The notes under the pieces: model-generated
Databases searched by the model: none
Seen by the model: only the letters and a program-made list of their open reading frames with translations
What the model was told of the DNA's origin: nothing
NCBI GenBank assembly: GCA_965644315.1
Contig: CBFFRQ010000019.1
Location: 310,001-374,000, forward strand
DNA length: 64,000 nt
Source of the DNA: Caecitellus pseudoparvulus
Taxonomy: Eukaryota > Protista > Bigyra: Bicosoecida
Direction of reading: 5' to 3'
Made by a program: the position numbers and the translations under genes
Shown: piece after piece, positions 22,814-34,792 of the stretch
Position numbering within the stretch: position 1 is the stretch's first letter
Layout: the number at the start of each line of letters is the position of its first letter

Positions 22814-25615
22814 ATGTGGTGGACTGCGCGGGACAGCCCAGAGGAAGGCGACTTGTTAGAGGCATGGAACCTCGCCCTCAGACAGGCTGCTTTGATTGGA
22901 GTTATACTAGTTTCATCGGTCCTTGGGGCGGCAGCTCTCGTATCCATCGTCCTGGCGCGCTTGCAGCATGCGCCTGCGTTTCATGCCTCGCTCAAGCGAA
23001 ACGCTGGCTCATGCTCGAGACTGTGCTCCTCGGCTGTGGAGGCTGTGGGCAGCGTTGCGTTTTGGCTGGCCTGGTTCTCCTTGGTTGTGCTGTGTGTTTC
23101 TGCATTGCTCATTCCTCTAAGTGCCGGGCTAGCTGGCACAGAGGACCACTCCTTCTTTGGCTGGACCCTGGTGCATGCTCTGTTGTCCTGGGCGGTGCGC
23201 TGGGCGCGTCAGTGGCTGCTGGGGCTCGCTGTGCCGGTCTGCATCGCCAGCAGCACGTTTCCAAACACATGGCAGCGTTTGCGATTGTCTGCCTCCCGAA
23301 TGCTGCTGGGAGGCGCAGCTTTCGTGGACATGCTGCGGTGGGCCAGCGCCGTGTGCCTGGCGGCGTTGGCCGTCACCCTCGGCTCCTCCATGCTGCACCC
23401 TCACATCGGGGTGATGGCCCTCCCCACCGCTTACTTTTCAGATGTGCAGTGGTGTATAGACGTGGTCGTGCCGCCAGTGGCAGCAATGCTTGTCTTGGCC
23501 ACTGTGCAAGGCATGCGCGCCAGTGTTCAGTTCATGAGCCGCATCCCCGTACCCTGCATCGCCGAGCAGCGGGAGGGGATGCTGTCGGCATCCATGCGCT
23601 CATTTGAGATTGGTCATCGGCAGTTGATGACTGCGATTGATCACCTGCAGGCGCAGACCTCTCGTCTCAGCGCGCCGGCGACCACTCCAGCGAACCAGAT
23701 CCGCGGCATGGGCAAGGGCTTGACCAGCAGCTCGGCTGCGCAGTCTCCAACGGCAGCGGACGATCCCGGCGAAGACCAAGGGCTGACTCCCGAAGCCCCG
23801 GGTTTTGACTCAGCGCCACGCGCAACTGGCAGCTCCGAGGACACTGCGACTTCCGCTCCTTCCACTGTTCACGCCACACGCCAGCTTCGGTTCGACTCCC
23901 CAAACGAGTCGGCACAGACACCTGCCACATCCAGCGACCCAAGCCATGATGCGTCGCAGCCAGATTGGACGCTGGGCCCCTACGTTGCCACCCAGCCGCG
24001 TCTGCCTCAGGCGCACTGCACCCCAGCCGCGGATTCTGCCTTTGCCTGTGCCGGCGTGCGGCTCGGGGATTTGGCACGGCAGCTGCTGGATGCAAACGAA
24101 GTTGTGCCCCGAAGCTGCTTTAGTCGTGGCGAGCGACGAAGCGTGCTACGGGGCAGTCCGCGGGCAATTGTGCAGAGGTTCATGAGTTTGGCCAGAGCTG
24201 CAGATCTGGCGGCCTCTGCCGCGCATGTTGGAGCAAAGCGGAAGCTGGCCCTTGAGCCAGAGCCCTCCAGCACGCGCTCTTCACGTGAAAGGGAAAATGC
24301 TGCGGAAAGCGAGGCGTCGCCACCTCTTGCAAAGTGCCGGAAACGCGTGCGTCGCCCCCTCTCTCAGCGCAGTGCACGGGAGTCACCGCAGCCAGACACT
24401 CCGTACGCGTCAGCAGCCGCGAGCACACGTGACCGCTTCTCGCACCACAAAGGCAACCGCACGCCAATGAGCCGGGCAAACCCAGCACCAGGTGCAGCCT
24501 TGCAGCACCAGGACGGAACTCAGGGCCCTGAGGTTGATTTCCACGATGACGACTCTTGTGCCAGCGGTGAGCTGCATGACCCAGCTGCACTTCAGCATGG
24601 ACAACCGCCAGTTGCCGAGGGCAGCGTAAACACAGTGACGCCACAACACATCGGCGAAGGCGTAGAACAACACGCGCCGAGCATGCAGTGCGAAGCTCCT
24701 GGCAGCGCGCGAGTGAGAGCATTGCAGTGGAGAGCTGAGCAGCGTGAGCGCCAACGTGGCGCAGAAGAGGACCGAGACGCAGGCGCGATGCTGGAACTTG
24801 TTCGGGGCGCGCTGCAAGCTGCCCACGACACGAAGCAGGCTTTGGCTGACAATGACCTGGTGCCAGATCCGCCAGCTATCCTTGCGGCGGAACAAGCATG
24901 CGCGGCATTGGCAGCAAGCTTGGATGACTTCGCATGCGCACACGAGAGCGCGCTCGTGAGAAGTCTTCGATGGGGCGCCTGCTTGGTCGGCCTTTCGTGT
25001 GTGTGCCTCCTTTTGGTGGCAGGTGCCCTTGAGAGCATCGCGACGCTCGCGGTAGGCAGGAGGGCAGTCCAAGCCCACCTTCGCAGCTTCTTGCCGCGTT
25101 TCGGCCTGCTCATCCTGGGGGGACTGCGCACTGTGTCCATGTTTGCCCTCATATGGTTGGGCATGCGCAGCACAGCTGTCAGTGTTGGTCTGTTCCCCGC
25201 TCCAGACGAACTGCAACTTGGGCGCGCTGTGGGGTCGCCTGCCTCGTCTTTCCTTCATGCAGAGCGCCGGCACCGCGCTCTGGTGCGTTTCGCTGTCATG
25301 TGCCTTGTGATGTCTGCTGCCATCCCACTTGCTGTGACAGGCGTCGGGCTGCTGCCTCCCGAGGAGGAGGCCCCCATCGCCCCAAGCTCCCATGATCAGC
25401 TTGAGTGCTCCTCCGCTGCAAGCGCTTGGTGGCTTCAGGCGGGCGAGACGTGCCCAGAGACACCTCAGCAGCCCCTCAGCACGGGCCTCACGGCACCAGT
25501 TTATGATTTTCTCGCGGGTCGTGTCATCTTGGCGGCGCTCTTCCTCGTGTTGGTGGGGCACCTTGGCCTGCAGCTCGCAGCCAGTGTGCGGAGCTGCGGT
25601 GCCGGGTGGCGCTGA
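22814..25615 (+). CDS. LMBR1-like multi-pass membrane protein
   Basis: 5+4 TM layout around a large loop; WFSLVVLCVSALLIPLS and CLVMSAAIPLAVTGVGL resemble LMBR1/LIMR segments. Recognised by eye only. Confidence 0.55.
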   Translation: MWWTARDSPEEGDLLEAWNLALRQAALIGVILVSSVLGAAALVSIVLARLQHAPAFHASLKRNAGSCSRLCSSAVEAVGSVAFWLAWFSLVVLCVSALLIPLSAGLAGTEDHSFFGWTLVHALLSWAVRWARQWLLGLAVPVCIASSTFPNTWQRLRLSASRMLLGGAAFVDMLRWASAVCLAALAVTLGSSMLHPHIGVMALPTAYFSDVQWCIDVVVPPVAAMLVLATVQGMRASVQFMSRIPVPCIAEQREGMLSASMRSFEIGHRQLMTAIDHLQAQTSRLSAPATTPANQIRGMGKGLTSSSAAQSPTAADDPGEDQGLTPEAPGFDSAPRATGSSEDTATSAPSTVHATRQLRFDSPNESAQTPATSSDPSHDASQPDWTLGPYVATQPRLPQAHCTPAADSAFACAGVRLGDLARQLLDANEVVPRSCFSRGERRSVLRGSPRAIVQRFMSLARAADLAASAAHVGAKRKLALEPEPSSTRSSRERENAAESEASPPLAKCRKRVRRPLSQRSARESPQPDTPYASAAASTRDRFSHHKGNRTPMSRANPAPGAALQHQDGTQGPEVDFHDDDSCASGELHDPAALQHGQPPVAEGSVNTVTPQHIGEGVEQHAPSMQCEAPGSARVRALQWRAEQRERQRGAEEDRDAGAMLELVRGALQAAHDTKQALADNDLVPDPPAILAAEQACAALAASLDDFACAHESALVRSLRWGACLVGLSCVCLLLVAGALESIATLAVGRRAVQAHLRSFLPRFGLLILGGLRTVSMFALIWLGMRSTAVSVGLFPAPDELQLGRAVGSPASSFLHAERRHRALVRFAVMCLVMSAAIPLAVTGVGLLPPEEEAPIAPSSHDQLECSSAASAWWLQAGETCPETPQQPLSTGLTAPVYDFLAGRVILAALFLVLVGHLGLQLAASVRSCGAGWR

Positions 25616-25677
25616 CGTGTCGATCGCGCCGGCCACCTGTGGAGCTCATGGCATGCATGTGCATTGTGTCGGCTTCC

Positions 25678-28000
25678 TCACCCCTTGACACAGACGGGCG
25701 TGGCAGGGGTGCCTGGGTCAGTCATGGCGTCCGCGCGCACCTTATGCGACCAGTCTGCAGACGCCGCCTTCACCTCGAATTCACTGACACTCAGGAGCTT
25801 CCTCTGTGCCATGAGCTGGCGTCCACGCACCCACACGTCGCTGACGTCGGCTCGGTCCATGACGTACACAATGTGCGAAATGACGTTGTACACAGGCGCC
25901 ACGTCCAAGCCGTCCAGGCGAATGGCGATGAAGTCGGCATCCTTGCCTGGCAGCAGGGAGCCTGTCACGCTGTCCAGGCCCAGCGCTCGCGCGCCGTTCA
26001 ATGTGGCCATCTGGATGGCCATAGGCGCGGGGGCAATGGTGGCATCCTTGCCGACTCCCTTCGCCAGAAGTGCAGCCAGGCGCAGCTCCGCAAGCATGTC
26101 CAGCTTGTTGTTGGAGGCAGAGGAGTCGGTGCCGATGGCGACGTTCACACCAGCAGTCAGCAGTTTGCCGACAGGGCAGAAGCCGCTGGCCAACTTCAGG
26201 TTGGAGGAGGGGCAGTGCACGATGGAGATCTTCTTCTCCGCGGCGACGGCAATTTCTGCGTCAGTCAGCTGCGTCATGTGCACGGCGATGAGGCGATCGT
26301 CCACCAGGCCAAGCCTGTCCAAGTTGGCGAAGGGGCGGCACTTCTCAGTGCTCAAGTGGCAGTTCAAGCCCTCCCCTGCCGCAGAAGAGGCGACTTCGGC
26401 TTCAGCCTCGTGCAAGTGCACGTGCACGCGCATGCCGCGCGCCGCCGCCAAGTCACGCAGGCGCTCAAACGAGGCGTCGGCGACAGTGTACGGCGCATGG
26501 GGCGCCCATGTGAAATTGATGAGGCCGGAGGCATCATGGGCGGCGGGCGTCGTGACAGCCTCCCCCTCCCCAGCCACAACCAACTCGGACAGCACTTCCT
26601 GCCCCGTCTCAAACGCCTGCGCTGAGCTCTTGGTATAGTTGTTGGGGAACTCCAGGACGGTCAGGCCGATGCTGGCACGAATGCCGGTCTTGCGAATGCC
26701 CTCGGCGATGGAGCGCGGGAAGAAGTACATGTCGTTGACACAGGTGACGCCTGACTGGATGCACTCGGCGGCAGCCTGCATCGTACCGTCCCGCACGAAA
26801 TCAGGACTGACGAGGCGCCCCTCAGTGGGCCACACATCCTCCATGAGCCACTTCTCCAGGGGCTTGTCGTCCGCCAGCCCGCGCATGTGGTTCATGGCCA
26901 GGTGCGTGTGGGCGTTGATCATGCCTGGCATGAGCACGTGGTGTTCCAGGTGCTTGGTCTCGGCGGCTGCGTACAGGTACCGCGCTGAGGAGGACTTCTC
27001 CAGGGCCACGATCTTGCCGTCTGACACCACCAAGCAGTGGTCTTCGAACACCGTATTGAAGGGCTCCACGGGCACGATGTACTTGGCGTGCACGATGAGG
27101 TCCACGATCTGAGCTCGGGGCAGGGCCAGCAGCAGCGCTGCGGCGATGCGCTCCACCTTGTGCAGGTTGGAGGCCTGCGCGGCGTGGAAGTCTGACAGGT
27201 CGAAGTCAGGGCCGATTCCATTGGCGAAGTTGTCCACCACGGCCACGGCCGCGTAGGGCAGGTGCACCTCCCCGAAAGCAGTCGCCTCATGCGCCGCGGT
27301 CATGCCCACGACGTCGCCTGCAGCTGCCATGGCTGCGATCTCGGCCTTGGTCTCAAACCGAGGGCCCATGGCGTTGACGTACACGCCACCGTCCACGGGG
27401 TGCATGTCCAGGTCCCCCAGCACGTGCAGGAGGAGCTGGCGCACAGCAGGGTGCATGCCAGGGGAGATGTGTGCGCGGGCGTCTGCGTACACGCGGCGGA
27501 GGTCCCAGGGGCAGTAGAAGTCATCTGGCACCATGACTGTGCCCACCAGTGTACTGCGCTTCAAGGAACCCACAGAGCACACGCCGACAACGACACTGAC
27601 GCCCTGCGGAGGGAGCGGGTTGCAGCACGGCGGGTGCGGAAAACCATTCGATTTCCGCAGGCAACCCCAGCAAGCTCACCTCTGCCTTCATGGCCAAGGC
27701 GATGGCCTGGTAGTTGATGACGGCAGGCTGTGTGTACTCGCCATCAGTGCGGGCATCATGGCGCTGCACGAACACCAGCGTGGCTGCAGAGGGCAGCTTG
27801 CCAACGCGCAGGACCACGTCGCCGTGCTCCGTGGAGACAGTCTTCTTCTCCAGCGCAGTGAACTCTGGCAGCTGCGTCTTCAACAGGCCAGACCCGCCCA
27901 CGATGCCAATGGTCACTCCCGACACGTCTTTGTCAAACATGGACGTGGGCAGGGGAGGGGATCCCATGATGCCAGTGGGCGAGTCGTCTGCAGCTGCCAT
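25678..28000 (-). CDS. Fusion protein: MTAP/PNP-family nucleoside phosphorylase + MTA/SAH-deaminase-like amidohydrolase; intron 27604-27679
   Basis: N-part IGIVGGSGL..VFVQRH..INYQA..SVGSL..PDDF..GPRFETKAE..VVGMT..VVDNFANG; C-part NAHTH, WAPHAPY, HVHLHE, AVHMTQL, HCPSSNLKLASG, GTDSSASNN, ATLNGARALG; the domain junction lies in one continuous ORF. Confidence 0.9.
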
Positions 28001-28377
28001 GGTGTTGGCGGGGTGGCTGCACTTGCTGGGCTCTGAAGGGGCAGGTTGCCAGGGAAGGGCTGGGCGGAAGCGCGTCGGGCAAGGCTGAGCCATCCATGAG
28101 CTGGACGGGCACGGGGTGTGTATGTTTGAAAAGTGCCCGGCGCATGGCTCAGTGACCTGCAGCTCTGCCGCGTGTGTGGCCGTCGCGGCAGCTGGGCTCC
28201 GGCGCAGCACAGTTGCCGCACCCCCCTCCCTGACCCCCGTGCGAGCCTGTGAGACAAACAAAACACACCCAGACGCTCACCTGCGCACCATGCCCATGGC
28301 CGGGCGGTGTTCCGACTCTCCCACCGCCTGCGTGCGGCGGCCACACCCCCCCCCAAGTCACCCTCACGCTGGGAAGC

Positions 28378-31300
28378 ATGGCCAGTCGAGCGCGCACCAG
28401 TGGCAGGTCAGGCAGCCAGCAAGGCACAGAGATGGCCAGCCGCGGCCCAGGCACGCGACCGGCTCGAGGGCCTGCAGGACAGGGCACTGTGCTGTCGTCG
28501 CCGTGGGGCAACGTCTCCATGGCGGGGTACAAGAAGCGCAAGCACCACGGCGTGAAGCTGACCGGCTCGGACAGCTCAGGTGGCGGCGCCGTGGCAGGCA
28601 CGCAGGTGCTGCACGTGCCGGATTTGTCCCTTGTAGACAACAGTCAGTGGCACAAAGACCTCGCCCGTGCGCACTACATCGTCATTGTGGAAGGCAAGAA
28701 CAAAGCATGGCTTCAAACGTGCGTCGAGGCCCGCTCAGCCGCTGCTGGTGACGGGTGACCTTCGACGCGCCTCCCTCGCCTGTTCTCAGGGAGTTCATGC
28801 CTCGCATTGCCCTGGCTGGCTTGCGTGCCATTGCATACTGGGACTCCATGCACAAAAATGTGAGTGGGGCCCGTTCGCAGCAGCCCAGGGCGTGTCCAAG
28901 TGTTGCGTGGGCGGCGCGTCAATTTCCGCACTCTGCTCGTCGCAGATCATCGTGAAGCTGTTCGCGCCCCTGGACCGCTTGCTGTACGAAGCAGACCGCG
29001 TGGACAAGCGGTTACTCCTGGACTCCAAAATGCTGCAGTATGCGGACATTCGAGTCAACGCTGACCTGCAGAGGCAGGGCCTGCAGTTCGACCCTTCGAC
29101 CACGGCGCACCTGCCGGAGGAGGAGCTGGCCATCCCCGACGAGGAGCTGTACCGGGGCTCTGGGAAGTACCCGCCGTACGAACACATCTACGCGCCCTTC
29201 CGTGTGGGCACCTCTCCCAAGGAGCGGCGCATCATGAAGCTGTTCAAGAAGGACGCTCACACCGGCACGTACCTCTCCAACAAGGACGCCATCCAACTCC
29301 TCATCAACATCATCCACGCGCCGGCGGGGGAGGGCGGCGCAGGCTGGGACTTGGAGCGCCTGGCCATTTCCAAGGATGCCCGTGTGCTGAAGCACTTCCC
29401 CGGCCACTTCCCCGAGCTCAAAGAGGACTTGCGCAAGAAGTGGTACGTTTGGTGCAGCTGGCCCTGGTCCACCCCCACCAACGACATCCGGATGTATTTG
29501 GGAGAGGAGGTGGGCATGTACTTCTCTTTTGTGTGAGTGAGCTGCGGCGTCCCAGGAGCTGGACATCGCGCCGCGACAGCGCACTCCCTGCCCCTGCTGC
29601 ACAGGTCCTTTCTCACCATGGCGCTGCTGTTTCCCAGCATTGTCGGGCTGGCCACCTTCATCGGCCAGCAGATCACCTTCACCCTGCACCTCATCTGGCT
29701 TCCTGGCATTGCCATCGCTGCTGCCGTGTGGTCCACGCTGTGGGGGGAGTTCTGGAAACGCCAGCAGAGCACCAACGCCATGGAGTGGGGCATGACGCAA
29801 TTCGAAGACGAAGAAACGCTCCGAGCGGCGTTTATGAACAGCACGGCCGTCCTGCACCGCCGCTCCCTGGTGCACGGCAAGCCTGAGTACTACTCCAGTC
29901 CCCTGGCGCAGCGCCTGAAGTCGTCCTTCTCCATCAGCCTCATCTCTATCGCCATTGGCACGGTCGTTGCCGTCGTCGTCGGCTTGTTCTTCACGCGCAT
30001 CCTGCTCACGAATGAGGAGGAGGCAGGCAACATCCCAGCCGGCTATGGCGGCATTTTGTCCTCCGCCATTGCGGCTGTGCAGATCCAGATCACCAGCTTC
30101 CTGTACAAGAAAATGGTGAGTGGTGCCCTGCCGGTCACTGGCCACGCCGCCGCACACACGCTCCTGCCCCTCCACACAACAGGCTGTGTGGCTGAATGAC
30201 TTTGAAAATCACGCGACGGAGACCCAGTACCGGGACAGCCTCATTCTCAAGTCTGCCATCTTCGAAACGGTCAACAGCTACTTTTCACGTTCGTGCAGCG
30301 TTTGCTGACCCAGTATTCATCGGGTAGTCAGCACAAGTGCCTTCCGTTGCTGCCGCTTCGCAGTGTTCTGGATCATCCTCAAGGCGTCAGGCACTTTGAC
30401 TGTGCTGGGGGAGCGCCAGGTGTGCCTGGAGTGGAAGGGCAAGCCTGACTGCTTGCATGAGCTGCAGCAAACCATCATGGTGGTGCGTTCGTGCGCTGCC
30501 GGGCTGCTCCTGTCGCCTCAGCTTTGTCATGCCTGCCCCTTCTGCAGATCTTCATCATGCGCTTGGTGGTGGGGAACTTCCAGGAGATTGTCTTGCCAAG
30601 TCTGATTCGTGGCGCCAAACGCTGCTTCGCTGTCACGTGTGCCAAGAAGTCCAACGGTGTCACAGAGGACGGCCACGTCATCGGCACACCCAGCAGCGCA
30701 GAGCTGGACGCAGAGAAGGACGTGCCAGATGTCTTTGAGGACTACATGGAGATTCTCATCACGTACGGCTACTGCGCCCTCTTCGTGGTGGCGTTTCCAC
30801 TGGCTCCCCTGCTCGCCATGGTGTCGTTCTACGTTGAGCTGCGCGTGGATGCGCTGAAGTTCTTGGACGGCTCCACGCGGACTATCCCCCGGGGCGCACA
30901 GGACATTGGCACATGGCAGCTCATGTTTGAGGCGTTTGGCGTCCTGTCGGTGCTGTCCAACCTGGTCCTTGTGTGCGTGTGGCGACGAAGCAGCTCTGCA
31001 CGTGACTGACACCCACCGCACCACTTGCTGTTCCCACGCCCTCCCCCCGCTGCGCAGGATCTTTACTGAGAGCACATTTTTAGGATTCACCACCACCATG
31101 GACCGCGTTGTCGCGTTGTTCTTCATTGAGCATGGGCTGTTCTTGGCGAAGGCCATCATCGCGGAGGTGATTGAGGATGTCACTGAGCCGGTGCAGCTGC
31201 AGATTAAACGCCAAGACTACCTCGTGGACAAGCACATCGAGGGAGTGGAGGACGAGGTGACGTCAGTTGCCGCCCTGCAGGCCATGGATGCGGAGAATGC

Positions 31301-31976
31301 TGGTGTCATGGACGGCCGTGTGCGAAGCGGCACCGACGCCGACGCGGACGACGCGCTGCGCCGTGCAGGCGCAGTGCAGAACTTCTCTGAGCGGGAGGGA
31401 GACGAGGCGGACGCAGGGAGCCCCATCGAGCAAGCTGCACTGCGGGCTGCCATTCAACGGTCGTGGGTGCGGCAGATGCTGTACGGGTGGAAGGTGAGCA
31501 ACAACGAAGCAGAGATGGTGTCTAGCCTGCCAGTGTGGGGTGCATTTGGTCCAGATCACCAGGACCTCACAGCTCTGGAGCGGGAAGCCCGGGAAGCAGG
31601 CGAGTTCGTGCCCCAGGGGTTCACAGGCGCAGGGGCAGATGGCGTGGGCGAGCGGGGGGACATCCCCGAGGAGGAGTCACAGGAGCCAAAGAGCGGCGGC
31701 GCCGCGGTGCTGTCGTCCGGCAAGCCCTCCACGCCGCCCTCCGAGAGAGCACGGCTGTCAGGCCAAGGAGAGGCCAAGGCAGCGGGGCGGGGGTACGGTG
31801 CCACAGCCACACGGCCACCAGTGGCACCCTCCAGTCGTCGAGGCAGCGGTGACCCCAACCCACTCGTCCCGCGGGGTGTGCAGTCGGGCAACCACGGCTC
31901 GTCTGCTGCCATCGGCGGTGGAGGGTTCTTCGCCACGGCAGCCTTTGCGGACAGGGCTGATTCCGACTCTGACTAG
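28378..31976 (+). CDS. Anoctamin/TMEM16 family channel or scramblase (multi-exon)
   Basis: IRMYLGEEVGMYFSF, EFWKRQQ, LNDFENH, FEDYMEILITYGYCALFVVAFPLAPL, ELRVDALKF, AQDIGTWQ, FFIEH. Confidence 0.92.
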
Positions 31977-32053
31977 AAGCCGGCGCCAGCGCCTAGGCAA
32001 TGCACAGCGCAGGGTTACACGTTGTGGCGCGACATCTCTTTCGTCAAGTGCCT

Positions 32054-34584
32054 TCACCCGAAAAATGCGCCGGCAATGCTCGCTTTGGTCGAGCTCCGCT
32101 TCTGCTCGACTGTGCGCGCGGCCGGCTTGGACTGCGCGCCAGCAGCCGCTGCTGGGGCGGGTGCATCGATGCTAGGCTCTGCTTGGCTGTCGAAAAACTC
32201 GACAATACCCGGCGCAGCCGCTGCCACCGCCTGTGTGGACCGTTGCTGAGCGGAGCGGACACAGAAGAAAAACGCCCGGTCAGGCAGCGGCGCCAGGGCC
32301 AGCTTGGCCAGTAGCACGGCGGGAGCAGCAGCAGAAGCTTGTGGCATCGGCGCACTGGCACCGCTGCCTGATGCGCAGGCAGCATTGGTGCAGGCCGCTC
32401 GTCTGCAACCAGCCGATAGCTGCGCATGGTATGCCCGCACGAGCCCTGCAAAGAGCGCTTTTCCGTTGGCGGCGTCACACGGATTGGTGCCGGCGGGGAG
32501 ACCTTGCACGTGGCCTTGCAGAAGGCGGAAGCACCGTGCGCATGTACCTGCTGCTGCCGCTGCGGCATCAATGCTGGGCTTGGCAGCCTCTAGCATGCAG
32601 GTCGTGTTGGCGCATCGCGTCGCGGCAGGCTCCTCAGCCGCCCCGCTGCCTGAACCACTGACATCGCCATCTTCGGATTCTGCCGCCGGTGGCCCATGCA
32701 CATCGCTTTCAAGACCCCTGGCCACTTTCCAGGGGGAGGGCTGCACGCCTTCAGGGGGTGGGGTAGCAGCCACCTCCTCCATGTCTGCGCCAGGGTGATA
32801 CGTCGCGCCATGTGCTGCCAGCAACTTCAACTGCACACGCTGGCCACACACCCCACACTGAGTGGTGCGCCCCCCACACTCTGCTTCGTGCTGCGTGAAG
32901 CCATCCAGCCGATCGCGGGCGGAGTCGGGCACGCCACCCGCCCTCACAATCAAATCGCAAAAACGGCACTTGATGAAGCGGTGTGGGCAGCGAGTGCGGC
33001 GGTGTGTGCGCAGGTCGCGCAGGTGGCCTTCAAAGCCACACGTGCATGCGATTGGCGTGTGCTCCAGGGCGTGGTGCTTCTCGTGGTGTTCCTGGGGCAT
33101 GACCCGGTCGCAGGTGGGGCAGTGCCAGTGTGCTGCTGCCTCGGTAGATCCCTTGCGCAGCACAGCTCCACACCCACTGTGAGGGCAGCGGACGTTGTTC
33201 CGGGAACAGAACGCTTCATGTCGAGGGAGGCTCGCTTCAGGAACGTGTGCGCCACAGAGAGAGCAAGGGAGCATGCCTTCTGGCACGTCTGCTGGTGCTG
33301 CTGCAGCGTCGCCGGTGCGATCAGGCCCAGCCACCAGCACTGGGACTGGCGCTGCTGTGAGGGTGTAGGCGGAGACGCCTTGCGGGGAGTACGCTTGTAA
33401 GGACAGAGACAGGACAGTGCCCTTGCTCCACGGCAGCTGTGTGAAGGTGGCTGCTTCCCCTGCAACACTGGGCACGCGGCGCAATGGGGGGGGGGGCGCT
33501 GGGCCTGACGGGTCTGCGGGTGCCACGGCTTGTGCAAGGGGCGTGCTGAGGGTGGTGGCATCCACATAGGCTGCAGCTGGTGAGATGGTGAGGCGTGCAT
33601 CGCCAGGCTCAGTGCTGGACAGCACTGCGTCGGCTGCCGTGGGTCGTGTCTGAGGCTGAGCGGCCACGTGCATGTCAGCGTCGCCGTCAGCGAGGGTGAG
33701 GCGCAGCTGCACGCCCCAAACGTGCGTGGCTGACCGGCCATCTGCAGTGACACCTCCGATCTCCACACCGGCTGCCTGCAGGTCTTCCTGGCTGACAGGC
33801 CCGGCCAGCATGAAGTCTGGAAGCGGAATACGAAAGGTGTCAATGGCACCACCCTGAGGCAAGGACCCATTGAGCACTGACCCGGCTGGCGGCTTTGCTG
33901 CGTCTTTTGGTGCAGATGTGGAGCTTGGGTGGGCGAGAGTGACCCACCGTGCGGCTTGGCGGCCGTCGGGCGCTCCTGCGTTGAGCGGCTCGGCGAATTC
34001 CACGGAGCAGTTCGTGTTCAGGATGCAGACTGCCTGCAGGCTGGGCGTGGACGGCGCGGCCTCCTGCACCAGGACGTCATACTCCATGCCTGCTTCTTCC
34101 ACCCGAATGATGTCAGCAGGGGACAGGCACGTGTAGCGCTGCGTGAGCTGCCGTTCCAGCAACGCCTTGTGGTCTGCCACGTTGAAAAAGTCTGCCGTCA
34201 TGGGCTGAAGCACGAGCTTGGTGGCCTTCGGGACGCCATTGGCGACTCGCAGGACAAGGGTTTCACCGCCTTGCAGGCCGAGCTCCTGTACCACTTTCTC
34301 TGCTCGCAGGGGGGGGAGTCGGCGGGGTGGCGGCAGCGTTTCCGCGGCGTTTCGAAGCTCCACGCACCTGGGAGCCCCACCTGTCCCTCGGCGGCTGAGC
34401 CCTCCTGCACGCCGCAGTAAGCCTTGGTACCTCTACTCGGACAGCGCACGTCTAAAATGAGCGGCAGCTGCACAGCTGGGATGCTGAAGAGCTCGGTGAG
34501 GGCTGTGGGCGAGATGGTCACCCGGTCTGTCCAGCCAGCACTGGTGCGCAGATTCCACTGCACTTCGCTGCGCCAGGACGCCAT
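32054..34584 (-). CDS. UFD1-domain protein with TRAF/C2H2-type zinc fingers and AZUL-like Zn domain; intron ~34301-34367
   Basis: UFD1-like N-terminus DRVTISPTAL..YCGVQE..EGQVGLP..LVLQP..KALLERQL..YTCLS..ILNTNCSVEF; repeated CxxC..H..C; YHAQLSAGCRRAACTNAACAS. Confidence 0.8.
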
Positions 34585-34792
34585 GGGTGGGACTGACAGG
34601 GGCGTGTGGGATCTTTGTACGTATGCTTGCCACACTTCCTACAAGGGACGCTGCTGGCTGTGCTGTCTTGCATGTTGTGTAATGTGGCATTACTGGCCCG
34701 TTGCCACTCCTTGCCTAGTACAAACCTTGGAGCATCGCTGCATTACGCACCTACACCTTCGCCGGGTGGCTTCAGTGCCTGATGTGCCAGAG

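Noticed and set aside
34300-34370. Apparent frameshift in the UFD1-like gene, and similar frame breaks in other host genes
   Set aside because: Explained by short canonical GT-AG introns.
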